Shown: in pieces, positions 50,768 through 64,000 of the stretch | How the letters are laid out: each line of letters starts with the position of its first letter | Numbering within the stretch: the first letter of the stretch is position 1 | Assembly (NCBI GenBank): GCA_951406725.2 | Contig: OX597823.1 | Location: forward strand, 102,672,001-102,736,000 | Direction: 5' to 3' | DNA length: 64,000 bases | DNA from: Octopus vulgaris | Taxonomy: Eukaryota | Translations under genes and position numbers: made by a program | Notes under the pieces: generated by a model | What the model saw: the letters and a program-made list of their open reading frames with translations, nothing else | The model's database searches: none | Told to the model about the DNA's origin: nothing

Positions 50768-52067
50768 TATCAGACAAAAAATCACACAAAGCAGGACAAA
50801 TAAGAATCTAATAAAATGAGATTCTAGAAGCTTCAGCAAACAATATGTCTAAAGTCTGTCACTTGTCAGTGTTAGATGGGACAGTGTGGAGAGACTCAGG
50901 TTAGTCAGGTGAACATTCAGCACACACACATTAAATGAATTCTGACTAGCCTCTAAAACACCAATCCCTATTCAGCATCCTCATTCATGTATAGAGTAAC
51001 TCTATCCCCATCCCTGATCACATTAACATCCTGTGGTATAGTATTCGACTGCTTGTAATATAATGTTGCATTCCTATAGCTCTTGTAACAAATAAAAACT
51101 TGAAGTGTGATTGATTAGATTAACAATGTCAATGTATGAGAGACAGCATAGTGTCTCTCATACTGTCTTGTCATAAAAATGAAGGAAAGGAATTGTAAAT
51201 GTGCCTGAGGTGAAGGTTGGAGTGTCAGGTGCTCGCTTACTCAAAGCCTAAATAAAGGATGATAGTTTTCTATGAAGGTCATTTGCTAATGATTCAGTTT
51301 ACTAAAGGTTCCATGTTAATAGAGTATCTTGGATGAATTGAAGGATAAGATGAATAAATGAAAGGAATGTATGGAGTTAAAAGATATGAAGGTAAATAAG
51401 AAAAAGAGAAAGCTGTGGCAAGGTGGAAAAAACTGGGAAGCAGTTGTGTGCATTGAACACGAATGGGTGTTGGGGAGTGAACTGCATAAACTTTACAATT
51501 AGCACTAAGTGGGTTCTTAAAAAATGTAGTGGGGTAAGGGGTTTTTTTTCCTTATAAGATTTCTTTCATTGTGATAATACTTCAAAATACAAGTTTTATG
51601 AAGCAGCTTCTCATTTTAATCAATATGAAATAATTAAAATCATTGCACAGGAAAAGCAAAACCTAAAATATTTCATAAAAGGAAATAGAAAATAAGGTCA
51701 TTTTCTAATAAATGGTGAACCTACTATCAAGTTTCTGATTTATGGTAAACTTATTTTGTTTTAATCCTATTTAAATACTTGGCTTTAGGAAAATTTACCA
51801 ACAAATTCACTAACAAGCAATTGACTAATTGACCTAATCATGATTTCAATAAAAGAATTTTTAAAACTGCAAATATGAATTATAAAATATATCTTTAAAA
51901 AATATGTAAACATTGATAAAACTGAAAGTATTTCTAAAATGAGAGATTATGAGCTAAGCTGGATCAGCCCATAACTTTCTTATTCATCTCAAGGATTAAT
52001 GTTCCTAATCAGGGAACTGTTCATCAGTGAAATTATGTTTACTCTATAATTAAGTATTAATTAAAAA

Positions 52068-52510
52068 GCCAGCAAGCTGGCAGAATCATTAACACGCCAG
52101 GCAAAATGTTTAGCATCATTTCATTCATCCTTACATTCTGAGTTCAAATTCCACTGAGGTTGACTTTGCCTTTCATCCTTTCGAGGTTGATAAATTAAGT
52201 ACCAGTTGAGTACTGGGGTTAATGTAATCAACTTGTCCCCTCCCCACAAAATTTCAGGCCTTGTGTCTTTAGTAGAAAAGATTATTATTATTATTATTAT
52301 TGAGGTTGTGAGCTGGCAGAACTGTTATCATGTCAGACCTTGTGGCATTTCATCTGTCTTTACATTCTGAGTTCAAATTCTGCCAAGGTTGACTTTGCTT
52401 TTATTCTTTTGGGATAGATAAAATAAGTACCAGTCAAGCACTGGGGGTCAGTGTAATCGACTTACCTCCTCCCCTGAACTTGCTGGCCTTGTGCCTTTGG
52501 CAGAAAGGAT
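52068..52510 (+). mobile_element. Two tandem SINE copies
   Basis: gctggcagaa...ctgagttcaaattc...gttgactttgc.ttt..tcctt; further copies at ~54300-54500, ~55945-56140, ~37728-37920 (minus) and ~42905-43115 (minus). Confidence 0.7.
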
Positions 52511-52639
52511 TATTAATATTATTATTTCATTTATGCATACCAGCATAGAAAACAGACATTAAATGATGATGATGATGATTATGATGACAATGATGAGACT
52601 AGACTGTTGGAAAAAAAGTCCTCACATCAGGCTACAAGA

Positions 52640-53070
52640 AACCGTAGATGCCTAGAACCTTCCTAAGTATCCTAGCTGTCCCTAATAATACTATTTTCTG
52701 GAGCTACACTAAAATAGGTTTTATGCCTATTTCTTCTATCCATCTGTTCAAATCTTTAAGAATAGTTCCTAATGTACCTATATAACTACAGGGATACATT
52801 TTACCTGCACTTTCCATAGCCTCTGTAACTCAATGGCCAGGTCCTGGTGCTTTGCTATTTTCTCTAAACCTCTTATATTGAGTCTGTAAAGCCAATTACT
52901 TGTCAGTTTCTATTCTCTTTGTCTACTACTATTAAATCAGGCCTTCTAGCTTCTATTACAGTGATCAGTTTGAATGTTAAAGTTCCACAACAGTTTATAT
53001 TTCATACTTTCTAGCATTTTACTAGGTTAATGTTCATACCACTTATCAATATGGCCAAATCTAAGCATAT
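52640..53070 (-). mobile_element. Dong/R4-like restriction-like endonuclease fragment
   Basis: WYEH, LWNFNIQTDH, RRPDLIVVDK, KHQDLAIELQRLWK, PVVIGTLG. Confidence 0.65.
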
Positions 53071-53149
53071 TATTATTATTATTTAAGACATCGCACAGTA
53101 TCCAATATTGTAGTGTTGTTGACTGAGATATTGTGTCTACCAGATGTTT

Positions 53150-54287
53150 GTACTGTCTGTCAAGTCACAACAAGGGCCTCAGACAGACACTACTTTACAC
53201 AATATGCGAGCAGCTCCAAGTAGTGCCGATTTTTTTGCAATACATCTAGATTGTAGGGTATTTCTAAAGTTTCCAGATGTTTTTTTCAGGTTGGGTAGCA
53301 TTGAACCCAATGCTCCGATGACAATAGGGATAACCTTTATGTTTGACTCTTGTATCTGCCACATCTTAGCGGTCTCAATTCTCGGGTCTCCATATTTATC
53401 AACCTTTTTTCTTTCTTTCATGATAATATGTTGATCTCTTGTCAGTGTCACGTCAATTATTCGGCACTCTTGTTTGTCCCTCCAAAAGGTTACTATATCC
53501 AGCCTTCAGTACTCTAATACCTTGTCTGTCTGGAAGTCAAAGTCTCAGAGGATTTTTGCCTTCCCCTATTCATCCATTACCATCACCTTTTTGCAGTGTA
53601 TGTTGGTATCAAGCACCCGGTACCTTGTATCCATACTTCTAACACAATAGCCAGTGAAGGTTTGGGGTTACCTTGTCGTGTCTGCACTCTTTTTGTGCAA
53701 GACTTTCACAAGCATTCACAAAGTGAGTCACGCTTTTGACCCTCTTCCCACACATTCTGCAGAGGTTCATCGCACTTGTGTAGTGCATATTCCTTTTCAC
53801 TGAGTATTCCTTGGCAGAAATGATTAGGCTTTCAGTATTCTTTTTTAGGTCACTCTTGCTGAGCCACCTCCATGATGCTTCCTGGTCTTTTAAATTGTTA
53901 GCTTCATGGTAGAACTGACCATGTAATTCTCTCTCATTGGCTGTTCATCATTGGAATTCATGAGCACTCTCAAGTCCATTTTTGGTAAATCCTTCTGTAT
54001 TAGTAGCAGGTTTTGTTTGCTGTTTTTCCAAATATTCTGCCATGCTTCTTCTTTCACTGTTGATGTACTCCTGTACACTAATCATCCCACAACCACCCTT
54101 ATCTCTCTTCATGTAGAGCCTGGGTGGAGGGCACCATGTATTATCATTGTTTTTCAGGTAGTGCAATCGAGTTGGTTAATATCCACTTGTGTCCATTTCA
54201 TGATGGATGAACAATAGTGGACTACAGCAACATCCCATATGTTGATGGCAGTCACAAGGTTCTTTGAGTTCAGTTTTGATTTCAAGT
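53150..54287 (-). mobile_element. Dong/R4-clade LINE 3' region
   Basis: RLYMKRDKGG, CRMC..H..C knuckle, RHDKV, KVDKYGD, VIPIVIGALGS. Confidence 0.8.
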
Positions 54288-54661
54288 TATTATTATTATT
54301 AAGGCAGAGAGATTGCAGAATTGTTAGCACACCAGATAAAATGCTTTGTAGCATTTCATCCGTCTTTACGCTCTGAGTCTGCCAAGGTTGACTTCGCCTT
54401 TCATCTTTTCGGGGTGGATAAATTAAGTAACAGTGAAACACTGAGGTCGATGTAATTGACTAGTCCCCTCCCCCAAAATTTCAGGTTTTGAGCTTTTAGT
54501 ATTATTAACGTTTAGTCGGTGAGCTTGCAGAATTGTGAGCATGCCAGGCAAAATGCTTTGTAGCATTTCCTCTGTTTTTACATTCTAAGTAGATAAAACA
54601 AATACTAGTCAAGCACTGGGATCACTCTAACCCTCCTCCTCTGAACTTGCTGGCCTTGTGC

Positions 54662-54881
54662 CTGTTTTATTCTTTTACTTGTTTCAGTCATTTGACTGTG
54701 GCCATGCTGGAGCACCGCCTTTAGTCGACCAAATTGACCCCAGGACTTATTCTTTGTAAGCCTAGTACTTATTCTATCGGTATCTTTTGCTGAACCGCTA
54801 AGTTACAGGGACATAAACACACCAGCATTGGTTGTCAAGTGATGTTGGGGGGACAAACACAGACACACAAACACAGACACA

Positions 54882-54933
<52 letters not shown>

Positions 54934-55100
54934 AATATACGATGGGCTTCTTTCAGTTTCCATCTACTAAATCTACTCACAAGGCTTTGGTCGGCCCGAG
55001 GCTATAGTAGAAGACACTTGCCCAAGGTGCCACGCAGTGGGACTGAACCCGGAACCATGTGGTTGGTAAGCAAGCTACTTACCACACAGCCACCCCCTAC
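54662..55100 (-). mobile_element. tRNA-derived SINE, well-preserved copy
   Basis: Minus strand TGGCTGTGTGGTAAG (A box) and GGTTCAGTCCC (B box), internal (GT)n, A-rich tail; another copy at 56175-56505. Confidence 0.85.
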
Positions 55101-57560
55101 GCCTATTGCAGAAAGGATTATTAATGTTATTATTTCATTTATGCATGTCAGCATAGAAAACACTATGATGATGAAGAAAATAAATACCAGCTGAGTACTG
55201 GGGTTGATGTAATTAAATTAACATCTCCACCAAAATTACTGGCCTTGTGTCAAAATTTGAAATCATCATTATTCTTTTTTTTTTTTCAAACTCTGTTTAA
55301 TACAGTTGAAATTTATAATATGCAATTTCAAAGATTGTGAGATTTATTTACAGTGTCACAAGGGTGTAACCAGCCCATGATAAAGATACTTAATCTGAAT
55401 GGCCTGTTTCATCTAGCTTGGAACAGAAATGGCTAATATCTTCCCATGGGTTTTAAATAATCACCAACAAAACAATTTCTGTATAACTCCCTCAAATCAC
55501 CAAGTGGATACAAAATACGTTTACCTACCAATAGCAGCATTGATTACAAGAGGTTCTTCGCTGTTTTATTTATTTATTTATTTTATAAAATACTATTCTC
55601 AACTGGATTGATTATTTTGCCAATTCCTACTGGGTTTGTCGGGAGACTTGCTTGTAAACAATAAATAAATGTTAGCTTCTCTCTGGGATATCAAATTCTA
55701 TAAAATTCCTTCACAGAAAAATAATCATTCTGTAAATTAACCTCATTTTTAATCTTGATATATTTAAGTCACAAAAAAAAAAAAAAGGTCAAAGGTTAAG
55801 AAATATTTAATTTCCTCCAAATATCATTTTGAGATTTAAACAATGACCTTTAAAACATAGTGGTTACCATACTAAAGCAATGTTTTCTTTGCTGGAGGCT
55901 CTAAGGTACCACATTTTTCAGGGAATATGACAGACGTTAGTAAAAGTGGCAAGCTGACAGAATCATTAGCATGCTGGGCAAGAAGCTTAACGAGTTCAAA
56001 TTCTGCCGAGATCAACTTTCCCTTTCATCCTTTTGGGGGTTGATAAAATAAGTTCTAGTTGAGTACTGGGGAAGGGGGGAGGCATGTAATCGACCTACCT
56101 CTCCCCTGGAATTGCTGGCCTTGTGCCAAAATTTGAAATCAATACGACACATGTTAGTGTCACTGCTGTTAGCTATTCTTTTACTCTTTTACTTGTTTCA
56201 GTCATATGACTGCGGCCATGCTGAAGCACTGCCTTTAGTCGAGCAAATCAACCCTAGGACTTATTCTTTGTAAGCCTAGTACTTATTCTATCGGTATCTT
56301 TTGCCGAACTGCTAAGTTACGGGGATGTAAATACGCCACCATCGGTTGTCAAGCGATGTTGGGGGGACAAACACAGACACACATACATATGTTTCCGTCT
56401 ACCAAATCAAGGCTATAGTAGAAGACACTTGCCCAAGGTGCCACACAGTGGGAATGAACCTGGAACCATGTGGTTGGTAAGCAAGCTACTTACCACACAG
56501 CCACTCTGTTTCAAACAACCACGATGAAAGTAGTCCCAGCCAGTTTCATGACTGCTCTGAGTTGATTTTTCTTCTCATTTTTTTTTTGAAATTCACACAC
56601 ACAATGTATTTAGGAGAATGTTATCCAATGTGCTCTTTCTTTAAGACAATATCATGCAATTTGAGAAAGATCAGACAAATATTTCTAGCAGGTTAAACAA
56701 CAGCATACAAACTCTCATTGTAGAATGTTAATCTTGTTTAATCCCAGGTCAGATCTGACTGACAAGGCCTATGATTAAAGGCATGCCAGTTGTGACCATT
56801 CCATCCTATGGAGACTATCTAGAAGATTGGTTCTCAGCTGGGGTCCATATCTAACTCAAATCTCAAATATGTGCAACAGAGTAAACATCACTGGAGGTAC
56901 CCAATGGCCAAGTGGTGGTGCTAAATGAAGAAATGAGATGGTCAGAGTAAATTAGCCAAGAAGGCCAGCACAAGATTTGAACTTGGAATGCAAACACACA
57001 AGGCTGAAACAAATACACAAGGTACATCATCTGAAACACTAAGGATGCAACCAACCCAACTACTACCTTATTTATCTACTTGAGAAGGATAAAAGGCAAG
57101 GTGGTCCTCAGTAAGGCTTGAACTCTGAATGCAAGGAACTGAAATAAAAACCTCAAGACATTTTAATGCTCTATTGCTGCCAATTTACCACTTGCCTCTG
57201 TGTGTGTGTGGGGGGGGGTGCATCCGTGCTTGCATGTGTGCTCATGTACTCTCACCAAGGAACTGGGTGTGTAGTAGTAAACAGGAAGTAAATTCTAAAT
57301 ATTCCTCCCTAACATCAGATTTGAAATATTTTCATTCCTTCTCAAGAAAAATATTTGAAATTTAATTTCAAAAGAAAAATAGAACATATACTAAAATTTA
57401 GGACTAAATTATGGAGTCTCTAGTCCAGAGAGGAGGGGTGGGGAAATAGCCTTTTAATGGAATCGCTGGAATCTAATGGAATCTACTTAACCCACATTAT
57501 GTAAATTTACAAAACAATATTAAAAAGTATAACTAATGAAAAATTTCTGGATTTAAAAAA

Positions 57561-59012
57561 CTAGCAGGTGTACCCGGCGTTGCCCAGGACTGTTAAGTAT
57601 GCCTGGTCAGCACGAAGTAGAGCTGAAGAAACTGAAGCGAGGCAGTGTCATACGGCTGCAGGGAACCAATTCTATGGTAAATCTGCCCCTGCACTTTAAA
57701 GGAAGGCATGAAATGCCCATTTCATAAGATGTTGGTACCAAAGGAAGTCATTTGGAATGCACAGTTCTAGGCACGTATCCGCTTGAGAAAGTCATGAGAA
57801 TTAGGAGACACCCCTGTCAAAAGATCAGTCAAAAGGGGTGGAAGATCTTGTAGAAGAGGTACTGTAATCTTATTGCTGGAGCAGCACATGCCGGGAGTTT
57901 TTCTAGGCCACTTTTTAGTACCGCAAAATTGGCAGATTGTGGACATGCAGCCCATTTGAACATCAGGGTGATTACTGTAGTCAATTGTAGGATCGTAGTT
58001 GAATGCTGTCATTGACCAATGCAAGGAGCATGGCCTTGAGTAGGAATGTTGTGCAGCCCTTTGCTTAGTTGCAGCCTCCAGTCATTGATGTCTTTCCCTT
58101 GTAGTCTCCATAGTGCTTGCAGCAGCAGTTGCTACAGTATCTCTTGTAAGTTGAACTGCACATTGTGCTGCAGTCTCTGCAGCAGCAGTTGAGGAAACAT
58201 CTCTTGTAAGTTGATCTGCACGTTGTGCTGCAGTCTCTGCAGCTTGTGCACAGCAGTTAAGGAAGCATTTCTTGTTCAGTGTGCTGAACATTGCTCGTTG
58301 CTCTGAGTGGCTCATTGCACAGCAATACATGCTAACCTATCAGAACGCTTCTCTTCACGTTAAAGCCATCTTAAGTGCATTGAGAGAGTTCCCCCTGGCG
58401 GTATCCTAGGCACATTCATTTGCACACATACATTTACTTTTCTTTGCAGCATTTGTTTGCCAACCTATATTGGATCTTTTGCATCAAGGCAGGGTGGAAA
58501 ATTATCAGTTTACGCAATAGAAAATGTCTTAAGGAAAAAGCGGTGAATGTGTAGCACCAAAAAAATAGTAAAATGTCGTTGGCAAAAATGTTAATCAAAC
58601 AGACTGAATTAAGGATTTTTAATTTTGGGTAAGAGTTTTGAAGTGGGGAATAATTATATGAAAAAGAGCACTCGCATGAAAACAAAGGCAAATCGTAACT
58701 CGCAAATGATACTGCTGGCAGTACTGTGCAAGCAGTCGAAAGGAGTTCACCACAGCTGACAAAGTAAAGTATTGATTTTTTCCAGCTGGATGTGTGTCAT
58801 GTTTTTCGCTGGCTCAAGCCAAATCCTAGGTAAATTAAGAGTAGTCTGTTTATGTTGGGGGCATGGAATTTCTTAGAAAAAAATTATAAGAAAAAAGTGT
58901 CCAAAGTCAGAGAAAGCACACATGTCAAATTTGGTGAAATTCAGTTGAAAATTGTAGGAGTAGAAGTGGTTCACACAACACACAGACAGACAACTTGCCT
59001 TTCAATATATGA
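57561..59012 (-). mobile_element. Helitron deletion derivative with N-terminal RepHel remnant
   Basis: Minus A|TCATATATTGAAAGGCAAG start; ETAAQRADQL repeats; CQFC..KW...MCC zinc finger; NCAFQMTSFG and FKVQGQIYHRIGSL; hairpin CCTGGGCAACGCCGGG then CTAG|T. Confidence 0.9.
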
Positions 59013-60589
59013 TAATTCCTTCATTCTTTTGTGTCATTTTTATCACTTTTTGATAAAAAATATTTAAAGAAATTTAATGAATCTATTTAACCAAATTGAT
59101 AGTCATATTATATTATATTGATATAGTCAGAATTATCAAGGGGTCAATATTGATCACTTTGCTGATCCTGTTCTAGTGTAAAGGCTATAGAGAGTTTATT
59201 GATGGGGAGAACTGGCTTCTATCCTGAGCAAGTTGGGTGACGACATGTCAGTTCTTTTACTGGTTTCTCCAAAGTAGTAGCAGTTTATCTCTAGATCAGA
59301 CCTGATTAAGCAGACCTATTAATAAAGATATTCCATCTTCAACCATACTATTTTATTTCCTAGATAGTGTATCTAAAATTATATTATCCAATAACTCCTT
59401 CCGTTGTAAAGAGTGTGATATGAGGAAGATTGTTTCCATATGAAGATCAAGTCACTATGTAAGAGCTCTCTCATTGGTTCATTACCAAAAGTGTTATTCA
59501 GCCCCAGGTTAGCCTTGGCAGACCAGATTTGTGATTAAGGGCATTCAAGCCATGATCATCTTATCTTTGTGATACACAACTTTTTCTTTCTAAAATTGCA
59601 GGATGTAATTTGAAGATTTGGCTTCTATTTCTAGTAAATTGAATGACTCCTTTATTGGATTGCTACCAGGAATATCAGGTAGCTGTAAGACAATATGTAA
59701 GGAGAGTAGGTTGAAAAAAAAAAGGGATCACAGAGATGATTGATTTTGTTGGTATGTGAAGAATGAATTCAAAATATGATTACCATAGGCAGACCCATCT
59801 AGAGAGAAGAATTTTGAACAGAATAATTTACTGAAGTTGTTTGAAGTTCATCTAGCAGGGGACCATGTTGCACAGAGAGAACTTAGAATTTACAAGTCAT
59901 GTACTGTGCAAAAACAACTTTTGTTTTCTGGATTTTGTATTATTTTTGATTTGAAAGCGCAATGCAATAAAAGAATTTGAAGAGTGCCAGACAAAATACC
60001 ATATTTCATTAAATCTTTTTATGCTCAGAGTTCAAAAACTACAGAAGTCTTCTTATGCATTTCGTTTTTCTAGGATTGTGGATTTCATGTAATCAACTGC
60101 ATCTCTTCTTTAGAATATGTAACCATGTACAGCTAGCAGAATTGTTAGCACACCAGACGTGGTTTTACAGAAAACAGAAATGAAGGATACTACTTGCATG
60201 ACAGCAACACACACAACTATCATGCAATGACAAGATAGGGAGAGTGTGATCATTGCCAGAGCAGCCAACTGGCTTCCATGCTGGTGGCACGTAAAAGGGC
60301 ACCATTCGAGCGTGATCATTACCAACGTCGCCTTACTGGCACCCGTGCCGGTGGCATGTGTAAAAAGATTCGAGCGAGGTCATTGACAGTACCACCTGAC
60401 TGGCCCCCGTGCTGGTGGCACCTAAAAAGCACCCACTACACTCTCGGAGTGGTTGACATTAGGAAGGGCACCCAGCTGTAGAAACTCTGCCAGATCAAGA
60501 TTGGAGCTTGGTGCTGCCATCTGGTTCACCAACCCTCAGTCAAAATCATACAACCCATGTTAGCATGGAAAGTGGACGTTAAACAATGA

Positions 60590-60632
<43 letters not shown>

Positions 60633-62574
60633 ACATGCTTCTTTCAGTTCCATCTACTAAATTCGCTCATAAAGCTTTGGCCACCCCAGGGTTATAGAAG
60701 AAACTATAGGTACCATGCAGTGGAACTGAACCAAGAGCCATGTAGTTGGGAAGTAAACTTCTTCTCACCATACAGCTATACCTGCATCTATAAAGAAATA
60801 TTAGAAAGCATTTTATCCAATACTTTACCAATTCTGGTTACTAGCCTTCCTTATTATAAATTAAAACAAGAAATGTATTAAATGCTACATGTGAACTAAA
60901 TTTAACAATGATAGAAATAAAATGAAGGAATTGTATAACACTTTTGCTTTTTGATGTAAAAAATTTAATAAAAACAATTACAATGAAATTTCTTTCATCT
61001 GCAAATTTCTTCCACAATTCTCTAATTGCTAATTTTTTCAGTAATTAATTATAAGATGTCTAATTTGTATTTTTGTTCTGTTTCTTATCTCATATTCCAT
61101 GCTTTCATCTGAACAAGTTAAATTTTATTCTATTGTAAATTTAATTGTAATATTCCCATTAAAAGATGTGAAGAAGCTACATAAGATTATTATTTTGCTT
61201 TCTTTTGTCCATTCATTAGTTCATTTTATTTTACTCAGGCTTTTTTATCTCATTTATTTATATTTTTTAATTACTTTTTTTTAACTTTCTATTTATTTGA
61301 GTGCTTCTTTAGTCTCTGGAATTTACATAACACTTTTGTCACACAAATAAACCACAATGAATTGTATATACCTTGAGATATTTTTATAATCTGCAGACAA
61401 CCAATGCTCAGTTTAATAATCAATTTATTCCCACTTTGATTTACAATGGCACTCATGTTTCATACAGATGCTACTCTATTTTCAACAGACAAGCAAATAT
61501 ACCATCTTACGGTAAAGGATTGCCTTCTAGACTAGCAACAGTAGTTTATTGCAATCAATATTGACACTAACCCAGAAAGTCATAGAAGTTATAAAAACAA
61601 AAATGAGAAGTCGTGATTCTTTTTTTTTTTACCTTCTTTAACTGGCCAAATCCAGCCCAGATATTCTACATGTTTTATATTCAAACTGGCACACCTAACC
61701 TACATTGACATTCTAAAAATAAACAATCACATCATTGAAACCTCAAAGCTAGAAGATAATGCATGATTAATTCAAAACAATTTGAGTGAAAAAGTATGAC
61801 ATTTAACAGAGTAATCTGAACACTAAAGGGTTAAAGAAGTGTGTGATGAAAATAACTTCATTTTCAACCGGATCATAGATTCAAACTCACAACGAGACTA
61901 ACAACAACAACAATTTCTAACATTGGCTGATCACAAATATTATGGAGAAATGACAACCAATTTAATCAACCTCAGTATCTAACTGGAATTTGATAATTTC
62001 TCAACTCTTGAAGGATGAAAGACAAGGTCAACATTGGCAAGATCTGAACTGATAGATAAAAAATTAATAAAAACTGTAAGAGGTTTTTTTTTTTTTGTTA
62101 GCTTTTTACTGATTCTGTCAAGCTAGAGAAAGAGGTATAGCTTTGCAGGTAAGCAGAAAATGAAAGGAGGGATGGATTCGGGGATTGACAGAGAATGTTC
62201 ACTACAAATTTTATGGCCAACAAAGGTCTCAACTCGTCTGAATAGTATTAAAAAAAAGTAGTGGTGGAGGCAGCAGCAGTAACAATTTTTCTTTATTATT
62301 ATTTTTTTTTTGGAGGGGGGGTAGTAGGAGGAAATCATTTTTAAACTGCATAACTTTTTTTTTCTTTTTACCTGTAATACAAATGGATTCACCCATAAAT
62401 GTCAAAGTGAGATTGAATGTCATTCGTCATCTGTTTGTGTAATGTATATCAGCTACAGCTAAATGTGCCAGCTGGTGTACACAGCTTTCTTGCTTAACTA
62501 ACCAATTCCAACATTAATTTTTTTATGAGAAAAGGTTTCTTGAGGAAACTTACCTCACTATATTATTCTTTATA

Positions 62575-63186
62575 TCTCTTATTATAAAAGGCAGATTTTA
62601 TCTGCCTCCCTTTGGGAGTTATACAAATCTACAATATAGGATTTCTTCAATTACAATTTACCTAGCATTTTTAAGAGTACAATGCATCGCGTTATGCCAG
62701 GTCCAGTTTTTAAAATTTAAACTCCAATTAAGCAAAATTTACAGAAAACTCACATTCTGGTGTGTGTGTCAAATGCTTTTCTTAGTCTGGTTTACACCAC
62801 ACGCAAACGCACACACACAGTGGGCAACGAATAAAATGAAAGTAATTGACTTACTGTAGTGAGTGATTCTTTCACTCTGCCTCCCACTTCCTCTTTCCAC
62901 ACATAGACACGCAAATCTCTTATTATAAAAGGCAGATTTTATCTGCCTCCCTTTGGGAGTTATACAAATCTACAATATAGGATTTCTTCAATTACAATTT
63001 ACCTAGCATTTTTAAGAGTACAATGCATCGCGTCATGCCAGGTCCAGTTTTCAAAATTTAAACTCCAATTAAGCAAAATTTTCAGAAAACTCACATTCTG
63101 GTGTGTGTGTCAAATGCTTTTCTTAGTCTGGTTTACACCACACGCAAACGCACACACACAGTGTGCGACGAATAAAATGAAAGTAA
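62575..63186 (+). mobile_element. Two head-to-tail copies of a Helitron-like 5' end
   Basis: A|TCTCTTATTATAAAAGGCAG at 62575 and 62916; ~270 bp nearly identical. Confidence 0.7.
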
Positions 63187-63370
63187 ATGTAATATTTGTT
63201 TGTGTCTATCACACTGATAGATACATGAGTAAAATGTATGGGAAGCTAACAGATAACAGTGAGTGAAAATGTTCTTGGAAGAGAGTAAATTAGCGACAGA
63301 GTGATTTGAGCAAGACTAAACTGAAAGTATGAAACAGTGTTTATGTATAAACAGACGACACTTATATAAA

Positions 63371-63697
63371 CCCTTTCGTTACCAAACCGCCCGAATTTAC
63401 CTATTCATATTTAAATGAGAATATCAGAGTAAATCTCTTTAGTACATTCGTGAAAACACGTATTATACTTCGTAAACACTTCAAATACAGTTTTGTACAA
63501 AAATCGAAGTGTAATTTTAATTCCGTGAATTATGGGAGATTTTTTTCGGAAATTTGTTCCTATTGTGTTTTCAAAATTTGTAATTCTGACAAAAAATGGA
63601 TACGAATTTCATTATATCAAGCAGCGAGTCAGAATTCGAAGGATTTTCTACTGAAGACCTTCATAAATCTAACTCTATGACCGAAAAAAAAATAGCA
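63371..63697 (+). mobile_element. piggyBac 5' part (same family as 49173)
   Basis: CCCTTTCGTTACCAAACCGCCC...ATGGATACGAATTTC; interrupted at 63698. Confidence 0.85.
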
Positions 63698-64000
63698 TCT
63701 TTATATAAGAGTGAAGTTGTGTGTCTGTCCCCTTGAATTTAGATTCGTAACTACTCCCACATTTTGCCGTGCAGTTTAACCAAAAGCGGGTATCTTATAG
63801 TCGTGATTCATATCGAGCCCTTCTGGGTATTAGCGCGCGTCTACGATGAGTCTACGATTTAAAAAAAATTTACCATCATATTTTTCCATTTTAATGCATT
63901 TTTTTCGCTTTTATATAAGGGAAGTAACTCTCTAAAAATATCTACGATGTGTCAACGATTTTTTAAAAAAAATTTGCCTTAATTTTTTTTCAATTTTTAA
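63698..64000 (+). mobile_element. Non-autonomous Helitron nested in the piggyBac copy
   Basis: A|TCTTTATATAAGAG; body matches 36875-37080; runs off the window. Confidence 0.8.

Noticed and set aside
62548-62570. Strong minus-strand splice donor GAG|GTAAGT
   Set aside because: No definable exon; the sequence is interrupted by the Helitron-like repeat about 20 nt away

Overview
AT-rich, microsatellite-dense animal genomic DNA; the SINE families and (AT)n/(TATG)n/(CA)n load look cephalopod (octopus-like), which is an inference. I find one credible host gene: a minus-strand coding exon (26718-27842) for a type II membrane fucosyltransferase-like protein, with a candidate 30-nt upstream micro-exon. 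The rest is mostly mobile DNA: a young, internally deleted Ty3/gypsy element with near-identical 909-bp LTRs, a second gypsy remnant, Helitron derivatives (STPR-repeat, zinc-finger/Rep and PIF1 fragments), mariner/Tc1/maT, piggyBac, a Chapaev3-like element with an internal inversion, RTE and Dong/R4 LINE pieces, and many SINEs. The most notable signal is a set of sequence-unrelated, non-coding elements, mostly sitting in (AT)n tracts, that carry type I hammerhead ribozyme motifs. Most also have a 5' inverted copy of themselves, as in Penelope-type pLTRs and retrozymes. The best example (11387-12672) is a ~362-bp tandem unit whose hammerhead has a compensatory U3-A8 core. All coordinates and alignments were read by eye, so boundaries of degraded elements are approximate.
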